A DNA stretch of 63,253 nt, filler included, from Polymyxa betae A26-41 (lineage: Eukaryota > Protista > Endomyxa: Phytomyxea): NCBI GenBank assembly GCA_003693705.1. It is 6 parts of 6 records of this genome, joined end to end, with 100 filler letters (N's around TTAATTAATTAA, not from the genome) between each part and the next. Parts side by side here need not be neighbours in the genome. Positions count along the whole stretch, not along the records: positions 17,112 to 30,229 come from RBZT01000194.1; positions 30,330 to 41,880 come from RBZT01000428.1; 4 more parts are not named here. One strand, given 5' to 3'. Positions 24,250-36,100 of the stretch are shown here, piece by piece. The translations under genes were made by a program, and so were the position numbers. Every line of letters begins with the position of its first letter. The stretch's first letter is position 1. Below the pieces are notes generated by a model. The model saw only the letters and a program-made list of their open reading frames with translations. It made no database searches and was not told the DNA's origin.

Positions 24250-24710
24250 TGATCGTCTCTACTTCGTCGATGTTCGCACCCATTGAATTTATGGTTAAAG
24301 TTTCGCCTTGACGTTATCCAGGAATGCGGTCATACTCTAGTAATCTGCATATCGTAGGTCCTCATGGGACCGATTCCTCTGCATTATATTTCTCCTTGAT
24401 TTTCCCTCATGTTAATTCCTGAGCATATCCCAAGCTTTCTCAGGGTTGGTCCTACCAACAATCTTGATCTTCATTTGGTCCTCAACTCACAAGACTATTT
24501 GTGTTATGGCTAGTTTCGCCCTTCTTTCAGTCTGTCAAATCTCAACTTTAAGGATCGGATTCTTTCCCATTAATGTTCCGCCTGTTGCCATTCATTCGCG
24601 CTCAGCATGAACTCCAAAGACCAAATTATCCAGTTATCTTCGCTCAGCTTCACACTGGTAAACATTGGGACGGACGCTGCTGAGGATTGCTGGTCCCCTC
24701 CATGCTCAAA
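24250..24710 (-). mobile_element. Ty1/Copia gag remnant
   Basis: VKLSEDNWIIWS (KL-x-x-x-N-Y-x-x-W), AQELT*GKIKEKY and MGANIDEVETIM, recovered across frameshifts. Confidence 0.6.
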
Positions 24711-25049
24711 GATCTTGTCGCCGACGACTGGGCCCATTACCTATAGAAATTGCTCTCCAATCTATACGAAAACGCTGACGAGACGACGGCTAGGGATTGC
24801 GAGCAGTATATTTTCTGACAGTTGTTGAACATAGAGACTACCCCTTTGGAAGATTCCAAACTCCGCAACAACGAAGCGCCACGAAACTGTGGAACGTAAT
24901 GCTGGAAAGTTCCTGTTCGACAGCAAGGCTAAACGGGGTAATTGAGAGATTAGATGATAGAAAGGAAGACGTTTCATGAAGAGAGTAAATAAATGAATGA
25001 GTGTATAATGGGCTCGACTGTCGGCACTGTTCTCATCATTGTGACCCTG

Positions 25050-25440
25050 AGGGAATATTGTCGGTTCTGTTGTTGCTGCTGACTGCAATGCATCCTTTGT
25101 TATCTTCTGCAATCAATGTCGATGCGCTCGGTGAAAATCCAATCTCAGTGAGTAACTGCCGTAATCAGGTAGCCTGGAGAACTGCTGCACAGAAGGCAAC
25201 ATATTCGGCTTCCACGGACGACAGGCTGGTTCAGGATTGCAACTTCGATTTCCATGCCACAGGACCACCAGCAAGAATGAAGATATAGCCTGTTACGTTG
25301 TGGAGCGGCGTGTGTCTGGATCTCCTGCCCAGTCAGCATCAGAGTAGGCATGTAGTTGATCTTAGCCAGACTGTTTGGTGAATGTTTTTCCCCCACGATT
25401 TAGTTCCAGATAAATACCTTAGACCATTTGGGCTGCTTTC
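25050..25440 (-). mobile_element. Ty1/Copia RNase H remnant
   Basis: AYSDADWAGDPDTRRST..FILAGGPVAWKSKLQS*TSLSSVEAEYVA..LRQLLTEIG..IAEDNKGCIA. Confidence 0.92.
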
Positions 25441-25816
25441 CAGTGTTGACGTCCTGGATCACTGATTAATCGACGCAAGGTCCCAACAGAAGTGGCTCTG
25501 TCAGGACGGGTGTCAGTTGATACTTTATTTGACTTCCGGCAAGTTCAGCGTACGCAACAGTTTGCATCTATATCTTTTCTTCTGCAGTATTGGGACACAT
25601 TGTGGTAGCGAGGAACACACCGGGCTGGTGTGGTGCAATCAGCCATGGCAAGACTCCACTGTGAAAGCGCAACCCTGGCAACACCAGTCAGGCAACGCTC
25701 CACTGGGACACAGTCAGCACCAGGGTCGGCCCCAGTGGCAGATGAATATATCGCCCAGCCCTAATATAAGATTCCTTATATAAGGCGCTTCTGGCGTCAT
25801 AATTCAGTCATTCTGG

Positions 25817-26900
25817 TTGTCACTGTGTTCTTCACACACCAAAATCACTTTTTTGGAGGCGAGCGACTCTGCACTATCCGGCGCACCGGTCCCCCTGCGC
25901 GTCATGTTGGTCCTGATCATCAACGCCGTGATCCCCATCATCCTCAAGGCGGTCAAGTCGGCGTTCAACACGCAACGGATTATTTATAATCTTGAGCGTG
26001 CGTCTGCTGCAGCAATCGCTGCTGTCACTGCACCCCAGCTGATATGTCAGACACAGACGGTGCCGAGCAATGTCCATCATCGTCGGAGTTGGATATCTCG
26101 TGTACTTATGGGATCTTGTTGTTCTCACTACCCAAGAGCGGCACCCGCTTAATGGGCAAGGAAGTCACACAGCAGATCATAGCACGAACCAACAGGGATA
26201 TTATTGCTAATAGCCTGGGTCCTCTGCGAAAAGAACTTGACGAGTTTAATCGCATGATCCATCCCGACGGTGTCCGAAATCAATTACAGATGGAAGTCAA
26301 CCGTTCGGGACTGTTGGTTCCGCAGGACACTGCCACCACAGACTCCTGTCTTAAGGTGCTGATGTCTGAGGAGGTTGTCCTCTGGATCATCCAGGCGGCT
26401 CGTGCCAAGGCCCAAATCGACGCGGTTTGCCGCAAGAAAGAAGCCAAAGCCGGGCCGAAACCTCCCTCTGCGACGCAGCCGATTCCGTCAAAAACGGTAA
26501 AGAAGAATCCTTCCAAACCACCGGCTACAAAGACCAAGGCTGCTCAGACCAAGCAAAAGGTACAATCCCCTATTAATATCATTGGGAAAATCCATATCCC
26601 AAAAGATATCTTCAATTTATTAAAACTTGGCTCTAACTTTGGAATCAGTCATTCTGAACCTTGTGAGGAGCTCTTCAATGTAGTCCGTCTGGTTGATGAA
26701 GATGGTACCATTTTGTCACTATAGATGTGTACTCCCAAGATCCTAGACGGGTCTGGTCGCCAAGATCAGAAACCTCCTTTTCAGCGAGAATTGATGAATT
26801 ATTGACAGACAAAGATCATCATTGTTGTTGGCGAGCAGAATATCATCAACGTGGACTCCTCACAAAACAATGCTGTTTTGCTGTCTGAGAACGTATATGC
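25817..26900 (+). mobile_element. Probable Penelope-like element N-terminal ORF fragment (no RT seen)
   Basis: HTKITFLEAS..PVPLR, then a basic K/P-rich linker, then PINIIGKIHIPKDIFNLLKLGSNF, which resembles the PLE V-x-N-L-S..L-L-x-x-G-x-N-F motif. Confidence 0.5.
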
Positions 26901-27230
26901 ATGGGTCGGATACCGCTCGTCTCTGTTCCCATCATCGATTTCGACATCGCTCTGAAACCTATGGATGACTTTTTTTAGTTCATTTCTGGTTCTGTTGCAC
27001 CCATAGATGATGATGTGGTCATTGTCTAGATGTCTGTACGACTGTACCAATGCGTATGAAACATCACCTATGGTAACGTTACTGGTTTTAGTTTCTCTAC
27101 TCTAGTACAATCTATATTTATACTATACTAATCTATTATAATCTACAAATTTAACTATTATCTATCATATCTCCTAGAATAAATTATTTTATATCTCCAT
27201 AATTATCTAAGCTATTATCAGTTATAAAAA

Positions 27231-29061
27231 CTCTGTTCCGAAATAACTGTCCGATACGCAGGTTTTTTGTTCCTAAGTAACAGTCCGATATCTCCCAGAA
27301 GGTACAAATGGGATTATGAAAGACTGTACTTCCCCAAACAGAACGTCAACTTGCGCTATCTCTCAATAAATGAGTTTATTTTTTAATTTGAATAATTCAG
27401 CCATTTCGGCATCTAAAACTGCAGTTTGTGCTAGAGAAACCGTTTCACTTGGACAGGGCAATGTGAGTGGCAGCAGTCCTGCATTCTGCAATTTCTGTTT
27501 GTTGATGAGTCGAATTTTAAATATATTTCCGCCTTCGTCCTCCATGCAAAATTGGAAAACCGTTTGCAGACTAAGGAAGTTGAAGTTAATTTTGTAGGGT
27601 TCGAGCTCGTCAACAGATTCCAGAACATTATGAATTAATTGATCCAGAGTTGCAGCTGGCTTTTTGTACTGGAGCGATTGAATCGCATTGAAGAATCCCA
27701 GATCGAGAATTTTCATGTCCGGGCTGTTCGAAGGCTGACAAACCAGATGAAAACTGAACCCCTCCTGCTGAGATGCAGTCAAAACATCCGGATTGTCAGG
27801 CCGAATATGAGGCCGTGCATTATCTTGTTGGATATATACAGGAGGTTCTTTTGGGAACTTTGCCCGCATTGCTGGCAGAAGTCGCGTTATTTAAAAGTTC
27901 AAATAGACTTTCTGGTCAACATTCAATGACGTTGTGACAGGCGTCCCCTTTGGCCGATTTTTGCTTGAGCGTTTCGCTGATTCAGTCAGAACAAAAGGAC
28001 ACATTCCTACTTTACCGTCGAAAATACAGTCACCATTTTCGTTGAAACGGGGCCTTGCTATCGCGGCCAGAAACATAATTTTGCCAATAAATTTCTTGCT
28101 TTTACAAGAACGGTACGGCTCCTCTTCATCTTTCGTCAAATTGAACGCACTTGTACCGCGATTTGCTTAAACCACTTTTCGTCGATATGGACAATTTCGA
28201 ACATGGATTTAAATTGCGGCGAGGAATCCACCGCATCAGGATCTAGCATAGAGAGGGAAAATTTTAGGCGCGTGATCATATTGCCTTCTGTAAGAGCTGG
28301 TTTCAGAGTTCTGGTATGACGTCGCAGATCGCCATTCCTCAAATTTCTATGCAATGTTGTGACAGAAATTTTTGTAGCAAAAGAAAAATCTCCAAGTGTG
28401 CCCCTTTCAGATAAAGGTACGCTTGAAACAGCTGTAGAAATGTTCACAAACTTCTTTTTCCGCCCTCATCTTTTTTCTGAGGCTAATATCTGCCAGAATG
28501 GCACCAGTTGCTAGAGATGTCTTTCCTCTCTTCCAAATTCGGTTAATTGTTTTCCAATGAACGCCAATCTCTTTGCCGACTTCTGCAAAAGCGTCCTTCT
28601 TCGGCTTCCCTTTGTCCGATAGAATCGTCAGCAGGCGTTCGTAGGTCCCGCGGCGCTCGTCATTATTCAACGCCTTCATCTTAGTTGGATCGTTTGCAGC
28701 TTTCTAAGATGGTGTCAGGCATGGACGACGATTCCATCTCGGCTCTCAGATCGATTTGAATCGATGCATATCCAAAATGAGAAGACGAGACCCTTCATGA
28801 GGGATGCCTTAAATGGGCAGGTAACATATAGGCTATAATTGGTCCCTCTCATTCGTCTTTATAAAATCCTTTAGAATGCATACTCCTGGAAATCATTGAG
28901 CTTATTAACAACGAAGCGTACAGGCTTGCTGGCAGCTTTTCGTGTTTATTAAACCAAATAGAATGAACCAGCCATGGTGACAATTTAGTCAGTTAACTTG
29001 ACGACAGAGGTTAATCCGATGCAAAACTGCGTATCGGACAGTTATTTGGGAACTGAGGTAG
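27231..29061 (-). mobile_element. Near-full-length mariner-like element, DD39D (plant-mariner/Stowaway-related); transposase frameshifted
   Basis: ORFs 28679-28407, 28447-28136, 28139-27891 and 27869-27363 contain VHIDEKWF, KIMFLAAIARPRF, QQDNARPH and QPSNSPDMKILDLGFF. ~30-bp TIRs: ctctgttccgaaataactgtccgatacgcag and ctgcgtatcggacagttatttgggaactgaggtag|TA. Confidence 0.95.
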
Positions 29062-29169
29062 TAATACTTTTATATACATCCATATTTCTATTCGGCGTAT
29101 CCATCATCTCTCATTTTTATTGATTGCTCTTGATTCACAACTTCCAATTCATCCAAATTTAAGTAATGG

Positions 29170-29335
29170 AACTGAAAGAATTGTGTTACTCACGGACATA
29201 CAGTGTCCTAGCAGTGCGGCCCGCTGCTACGTCGCCTGGGAGTCCATATTCAGCGTCATGGCATTCGACTTCGCGTCGATTATGTCGCGACCGGCGATAA
29301 CGTGATCGCCGATGACCTATCTCGTCTTACACAGA
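29170..29335 (+). mobile_element. DIRS/Ngaro-like RNase H C-terminal fragment
   Basis: RIVLLTD, then a frameshift, then LLRRLGVHIQRHGIRLRVDYVATGDNVIADDLSRL. Confidence 0.6.
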
Positions 29336-30229
29336 AGAAAACAGGTCCCCCATCAAGTCGATCGTGAAATATGGATTCATCGCTTTATCCCTCGAACAGG
29401 TAACGTAATCTGTACTATTCTTTAACTCTGTTCTGAATTCCTTCTAAGTGATAAACATGATAAACACGTCCGACCCCGTCACTTTTATACGTGTTCACTC
29501 CCTGAACACTGCAACATGCCAGCATGATATTTAGTTGCCGGTAAACGAGACGAGCTGCTTTCCGACGATGCTTCCACTTCCGTCGAATAGACCTCTTGAG
29601 ACCTCTTGTTGGCTCGGGTAACCTCGACGACAATCTCCAATCCATCCAAATCGCCTGTATCATCCGAAGCAATCTGCTGGTTCCAAACATCAAAGTCCTC
29701 TAGAAAATTCAAGTATTGTAGATGAGCTCTTCGAAATCGTCGAGAGTCATACATGTTGTAGGTTTTTGAAAATGAAAAACTAATGTCTTCGATTACTGAG
29801 TCAACTAATCGAAAGCGAATGACTCAATGACATAGGTAACTCAATAGAAATTTGGAACCCCAGCTGGAAAATTCTTGAATATTCTGTGATAATTGACTGT
29901 TTGAAGTACGTCCCTTTATCTAATGTTTCTACTAATGTTACGCTATTTCTGCAAATATTGTGTCAATTGTTAATCCGTCGCTATTCAAATGTTATTGCGC
30001 CTTTCAAATATTTTGTCCAAATCCCATCCAATAGGACCACATTAGGGAAACTGCGTGGCCTGATTAAGAATTGCGAGACTCGATTTTAGTTTTGACCTGG
30101 AGGTCTTTTAGATCACGCTTTCTGACAGCGTTTTGACTGCTAGCGCTGCAAAAACCCCATTTTTATTTTATAAAAAGGCTCAATTTGATAAACTAGGGCA
30201 ACTTGACCCTTTCGCCGTGGGGTCAGAAG

Positions 30230-30329
30230 NNNNNNNNNNNNNNNNNNNNNNNNNNNNNNNNNNNNNNNNNNNNTTAATTAATTAANNNNNNNNNNNNNNN
30301 NNNNNNNNNNNNNNNNNNNNNNNNNNNNN
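30230..30329. other. Artificial contig linker
   Basis: N44-TTAATTAATTAA-N44. Confidence 0.98.
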
Positions 30330-31156
30330 AATTTTTTGTTGCAGCCGCGGTGATCTCATCGAGTTGTTTCCAATAGCAACAGCACAAGTTCAATCGATAG
30401 CGAGCAAGACATATGCAATGACTTATCATCTCAATGAGAAGCTTTGATAATCCCGTCTGGGGAACTCACTCACTTGGTGACCGAAAGATCGAATTCAACA
30501 GATAGTTCAGATTCGATCGAACCTTGAAAACATCCACCCGAAAGCCGAAAACCATATCTGAGCTCTGGACAGCGATTGGAAAGTTTACTGCCAATGCCGA
30601 CATGCATCTGTTTTCTCGCAAAGACATACGTCAAGTCCAACACTATTCCAGCAAACGAACAATAATCCGGCACCGGCTCGACCAGCCTGAAAACAACCCG
30701 CAATCGCCCAACCGGCAACTCGTACCGGGTTTATTATCGAATCTGTCTCTCACATCTTGATATTTGTTCCCAACCAGGTGAAACTCATAAACCACGAAAA
30801 CAATTGCCCAGTATCCGCGAGGGGGTCCCGCCGCAGTTCTCGGCAGACCCAAAACCCCCAGGGGAGTCCCTCTTACCAACTAGTGTATTTCCGGCTTTAA
30901 TCGAATGTTACAGATGGTTATCAAGCGAAGACGGGTCATGTTAAGCGACTTTCGAATGCAACCTGCAACGTTCTTCCTTAATTAACTCTATCAACTCCAT
31001 GTCTAATCAATACATTTTGAAAGCGAATTTGACTAAAATGCTTTTTCGAACCAAAAAAGTTGATCATCCAACTTTAACGAAAAAATCAACAAAATTGGGA
31101 TAAGTTATGTGTATTATAATTATGATATAATGAACTCTGAGAATGATATTCATTAT

Positions 31157-32309
31157 TCAGTTGTCAGAATCACTATCTGGAATCATGAACTTTAAAATCT
31201 CTGTTGGCAGAAGATCTGCAATTGAACATTGAATCTCTGGGAATGAGGTCAATCTCTCTGATATTACTTCATCAAATACTCCAATAAGGAAATCGAAATA
31301 TTGCTGCGCTGTTTCTGTGCGGGAACAATTGCTCCTGTCAGGTGGCGTGGTTAAATCAACGATCACATTTTGAATAGTTTGATGTTCTTCATTATGAATA
31401 TCATGAAGATATTCATAGAGAGCCTGAACAACACAAAGACCTCGTCGAAGTTTGTAAAAGAGCCGTTTGAGACGATGTTTGACTTCTTGAAATGTGCCTC
31501 GAGGATTAAGCAGCGAATATTCGATGATGGTTATAAGCGTACTATCAGTATACTTTCTATAATCATAACGATATGGTTCGATATCAACCCCTTCTTCAAC
31601 ATGAGCCAAAATACATTCTTGAATTTCAATATAATCAATGTGGTGCCATTTCTTCAGATGATATTGACGGAATCGAAGTCCTCGTTTTTCACAAAAATGT
31701 TTCAAAATATTGAAATTCTCAATCTTGGTTATAAGGGAAAGGAACATCCAGTTTGATTCAGCTTTGGTGATGAATGGATAATCCGGGTCCTCCCATAAAG
31801 GATATTGAGGAGGAAGACTCCGATGGGTATTTGGATACTTTTTATATCGAGTTGGAATATCTTCTCGTTTTGGGAATTGAGGGAATATCTCATCTATCAG
31901 ATCGAGGAGAACTTTTAGTCGAAGTTCTGGTGACAATTTACAGTGTAGAATGCCGCGAATCAGCTCATGACGATCACACATCCATCCATATGTATCTGCA
32001 TATTCAAACACATAATCAGAATCATTATCTTCGGAAACATCTTCATGATCTGAATTATAATCATCATCGTAGTATGAATCTTCTCGTTTCATGAGAAGGG
32101 ATGGAGCACACAGCAGAACGTATTCTCGAAAGAATTCAAACTGATGATTCTCCCAAGCAATCTTCATGAAGTTAATGTAGAAGAACATTCCGCCAAATTT
32201 TGACTTGAACATCTGTAGACACTCCATATCACCAGATCGTGCGGCCTCTTCCACTGTCGCCAGCATCCAACTCATTATATTCATCTCTATTCACACCATC
32301 TGGGAACAT
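31157..32309 (-). CDS. Intronless hypothetical protein with an ankyrin-like N-terminus, copy A (375-aa open frame; 5' frameshift)
   Basis: VEEAARSGDMECLQMF ankyrin-like helix pair and an acidic tract. Alignment with copy B places the ancestral ATG at 32309 (MFPDGVNRDEYNELDAGD), with a 2-nt deletion near 32255. Confidence 0.7.
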
Positions 32310-33378
32310 ACAGCCTATAGACCGTGTAATGGCACACGTCAAGACAGTGGAGAGGGTCGCAATATGATAGGCGACACCTTACAGTTTTCATTCAGAAGCG
32401 CGCGAACTTAAAAGCGCGCTGGGAGGCCCCTCCACATAGTTTGTGTTTTGCGCGCCTGCAGGCGCCCTCTTGGTGAATTCAGTAAAAGTTTCTAATCAGG
32501 CCCTGGGAAATCTTGTCAGGGTCCTTGGTCTTAACCAAACTGAGTGTCGAGGGTCTTATCAAGGTGCCAACGTCATTCTGAGTGCCTTAATAAAGAAACT
32601 GCGGCATCCTCAGTCATGGAAAGTTCAGCGATGGCCCTATTGGGAACGGACAATATATCAGGATTTCAGGACTTTCATCCCCAGTGGAGACGCCACGTCA
32701 GCAAGACTGCCACGGAGTCCGAATCATAGATCGATTCCAGCCGGATACAACCTGGAATAAAACACTCACTCTCCATTCTCTCATTCAAACAGCGTGCGTC
32801 TTATTCGATCTCTCGCAATCCAAAAGAAAAATCCTATCTATGAGATTTAGCATCCGTAAGGAACTTGTCGAAGTGGTATCAATAATCGGTGAAATTTATT
32901 TCCATCCGGATGATCACGGCGGAGTGTTGCGTTCTCGAGCACTGTCGCTGCTCTTTAAGGATAAGTCGTTGGAATCTTCCGATTAGCAAATTTTTAAAGA
33001 GAATCCTTTGCAATTTCGCATTGCCATTGAATAATTCGAACCGGCTGTAGTCACTATGATGAACGAGTTTGATGAGCTAAATTCTGGAATTATTTCTAAG
33101 ATCAGTTCTGTAAGCAGTGTGAACTTTGCTGTGTTTTAGCTACATAGCTTCCCAATAACGCTTCCGTAGAGTCCGATTTCTCATTTGTTTGTTGGGAGAA
33201 GACGAATATCGCATTTAACTCACAGATCTGTCAGTAGATAGCATCCATCATAACCGAGCACGTCTCAGTCAAAATCCGAGTCTCGAATGTCACTAAGAGG
33301 AATTTCCAATATGAAATAATCATGATCTTAACACAACGAAATCAGACCAGATCTCAAGTTTACAAAGACTAAGTCGAG

Positions 33379-34216
33379 TTAGGGTTTACTAACAACAAAT
33401 AGGACAGAATTGATACTATCAGCAATGAGGGAATCGAAATCAGGATTAGAGTTAAGTTCACGAACCTGAGCTATCATCATGGCAGTCGTATTCTCGTTCA
33501 GGCCGATCAGGTGACGGTCAGATGCCTCAAGTAGCAACTTTTGGGTCACGACATGGTCGGCCTTCATTGGCATTAAGAGCTTACTTATCCGATTCGGAAA
33601 ATCTTCCTCAAATGGCGCCAGTAGTAAAGCGCGTAACAGGTCGTGCTGGTCCTCGATGACGACAAGCACCCGTGATATCAAAGATCTATTGATCGTGATC
33701 AAGATCTCGATCTCTAGTTCGAAAGCTCTCAGATTGAATAATGGAGAGGATCAGGTCGAATCGTTCGTCCTCAATGAGGCGCTCGATCTGAGATGATAAC
33801 GCTTTTGCCGAATTGACGACGAAAAAAGCACAGGTTTCAGCTCCGAGTCCGTGAACTCGTGCAGCCGAAACTTGTCCAGATCGAAGGGAGCTCCGAAGAA
33901 GTACAACACAGAGGCCAGGTTGGGGAGTTCTCGGATATAATGCTGATAACGCTCAGAGATCTTCTGTTGAACATCAGAGAGCTTCCAGTTAGGAATCATT
34001 GAGAATGGCTCTGGAAGATGAGGACGTAAACCATCAGAAAGGTGTTGTTGCTGATATTCCTTCACTGTTTCGCGAAGGGAATCTCATTAATTTAACTCCG
34101 ATTTGAAAGAGGCCTGAGTGGTCTTTAAGATCTTCGAACAAATCCAAACAACGAATTCTCTTGATTATTCCGAAGAAAAATAGTCTGAGTTTTAAACAGA
34201 CACGAGGATGACTCAT
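33379..34216 (-). pseudogene. Decayed intronless ORF of unknown family
   Basis: 34065-33751 and 33702-33379 share a frame and are split by one stop. The upstream fragment 34216-34034 overlaps in a shifted frame. Confidence 0.5.
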
Positions 34217-34499
34217 CGCGATCCAGGATCATGATAGTGACAAACATCCCCCCTCCACCAAGCATAAAAATAGGCGCCAACAATACTGCCAGCTCTGAAA
34301 CAGAAGTTTGAAGTTGTCATGATACTGTCACAGAAGTTGGCGAAGGCGATCAAGCGGAATGGAACCACCCTTTATATTTCCAAAACAATAACGACGATAA
34401 AAAGGACACAGCATCAGGACTTTGCAGGACAGGGATGCGGTAATGTCGCTTAGTATGTAGAAGCGGCATTTACGTACAGGTCGTGTTGACCGCTGATAA

Positions 34500-34632
34500 G
34501 AGCTGTTTTGGCGGGAGCGGCCTCTAAAGCGCGCTTCAACAGAGCGGACCGTAAGCGGGCGTCACAAGAGCGGCCTCTAAAGCGGGCGTCACAGGAGCGG
34601 CCTGTAAAGCGGCAGTCATAGGAGCGGCCTCT
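34500..34632. repeat. GC-rich minisatellite, ~27-bp unit, ~5 copies
   Basis: gagcggcctctaaagcgggcgtcacag-type units. Confidence 0.85.
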
Positions 34633-34901
34633 TCGTCATCTTCAGGAGGCTCCGTTGGTGGCCCCATCCCCACAACTGTTTAGAAGGCTTTGCCCACAAA
34701 ATGAAGGACTTGGGGTTGTTGGGTTAGGGTTTGGGTAGGACTTAGCTCCTGAGGCTTATCAAGGTGATTATCTGGTGTATTTCAAGACATGCGATATTGA
34801 TACACAAAATGTTGATATCATCAAACTAGTCGAGTTCGATCCAATCCACTTTCAACAAATTGTATGTGTATTGTGATATGATATTGAATGACTTTCGTTA
34901 T

Positions 34902-36100
34902 TCAGTTGAGAGAATCACTAACTGGAATCATGAACTTTTCAATATCTGTTGGGAGAAGATCTGCAATTGAACATTGAATCTCTGGGAATGTTGTCAATCC
35001 CTCTGATATTATTTCATCAAATACCTCAATAAGAAAATCCAGATATTGTTGCGCTGTGTCTTTGCGAGAACATTTACTACCGTTATGTGGAATGGTTAAT
35101 TCCAAGATCGCATTTTGAATATATTGATGTTCCTCATTATGAATATCATGATATTCATACAGAGCCTGAACAACACAAAGACCTCGTCGAAGCATCTCTT
35201 CACGTTTGTAAAAGAGCCGCTTGAAAAAATGTTTGATTTCATGAAATGTATCAGGAGCATTGAGCAGCGACACGTGGATCCTCGATATAAGCTGATCATC
35301 AGTAAACTGTCTATAATGATCACGATATGGTTCGATATCAACGCCTTCTTCAACATGAGCCAAAATATATTCTTGAATTTCAATATAAACTATGAAGCGA
35401 CAGATTTCAGATGTAGTGGGGAGAATATATGTCCTCTTTTTTCACAGAAATGTTTCAAAATATGGAATTTCTTAATCGTGATCAGGACCTGGAACATACA
35501 AAACGATTCAGATTTGGTGAGGAATGGATAATCCGGGTCCTCCCATAAAGGATATTCAGGAGGATAACACGGAGAGGAATTTTGATACGTTTTATATCCA
35601 GTCGGGAATTGAATATCTTCTCGTTTTGGGAATTGAGGGAATATTTCATCTATAAGATCGAGGAGAACTTTTAGTCGAAGTTCTGGTGACAGTTTACAGT
35701 TTAGAATCCCACTAATCACATCATAACGATCATACATCCATCCATCTGTACCATTAATACTTTCATTTTCATATTCAAACTCATAATCAGAATCATTATC
35801 TTCGGAAAAATCTGAATTATGATCTTCAGATTCAGGATCATTTTGGTGAGATACTGCCTCGAATAAATCTTCTGGATTCATGAGAAGAGATGGAGCACAT
35901 AACAGAACGTATTCTCGAAAGAATTAAAATTGATGATTCTCCAGCGCAATATCCATCACGCCGATGTAGAAGAACATCCCTCCAAATTTCAACTTGAACA
36001 TCTGTAGCCACTCCATATCACCAGATCGTGCGGCCTCCTCCACTCCGTCACCAGAATCCAACTCATTATATACATCTCTACTCACACCTTCTGGGAACAT
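34902..36100 (-). pseudogene. Paralog (copy B) of 31157-32309, with premature stops and a frameshift
   Basis: Shared blocks CKLSPELRLKVLLDLIDEIFPQFPKREDI, YPLWEDPDYPF and FPEIQCSIADLLPT. TAA at ~35925; TAG plus frameshift at ~35390. Confidence 0.9.

Noticed and set aside
31370-35531. Plus-strand ORFs 31370-31756, 31774-32094 and 35115-35531
   Set aside because: They are antisense shadows of the duplicated minus-strand genes.
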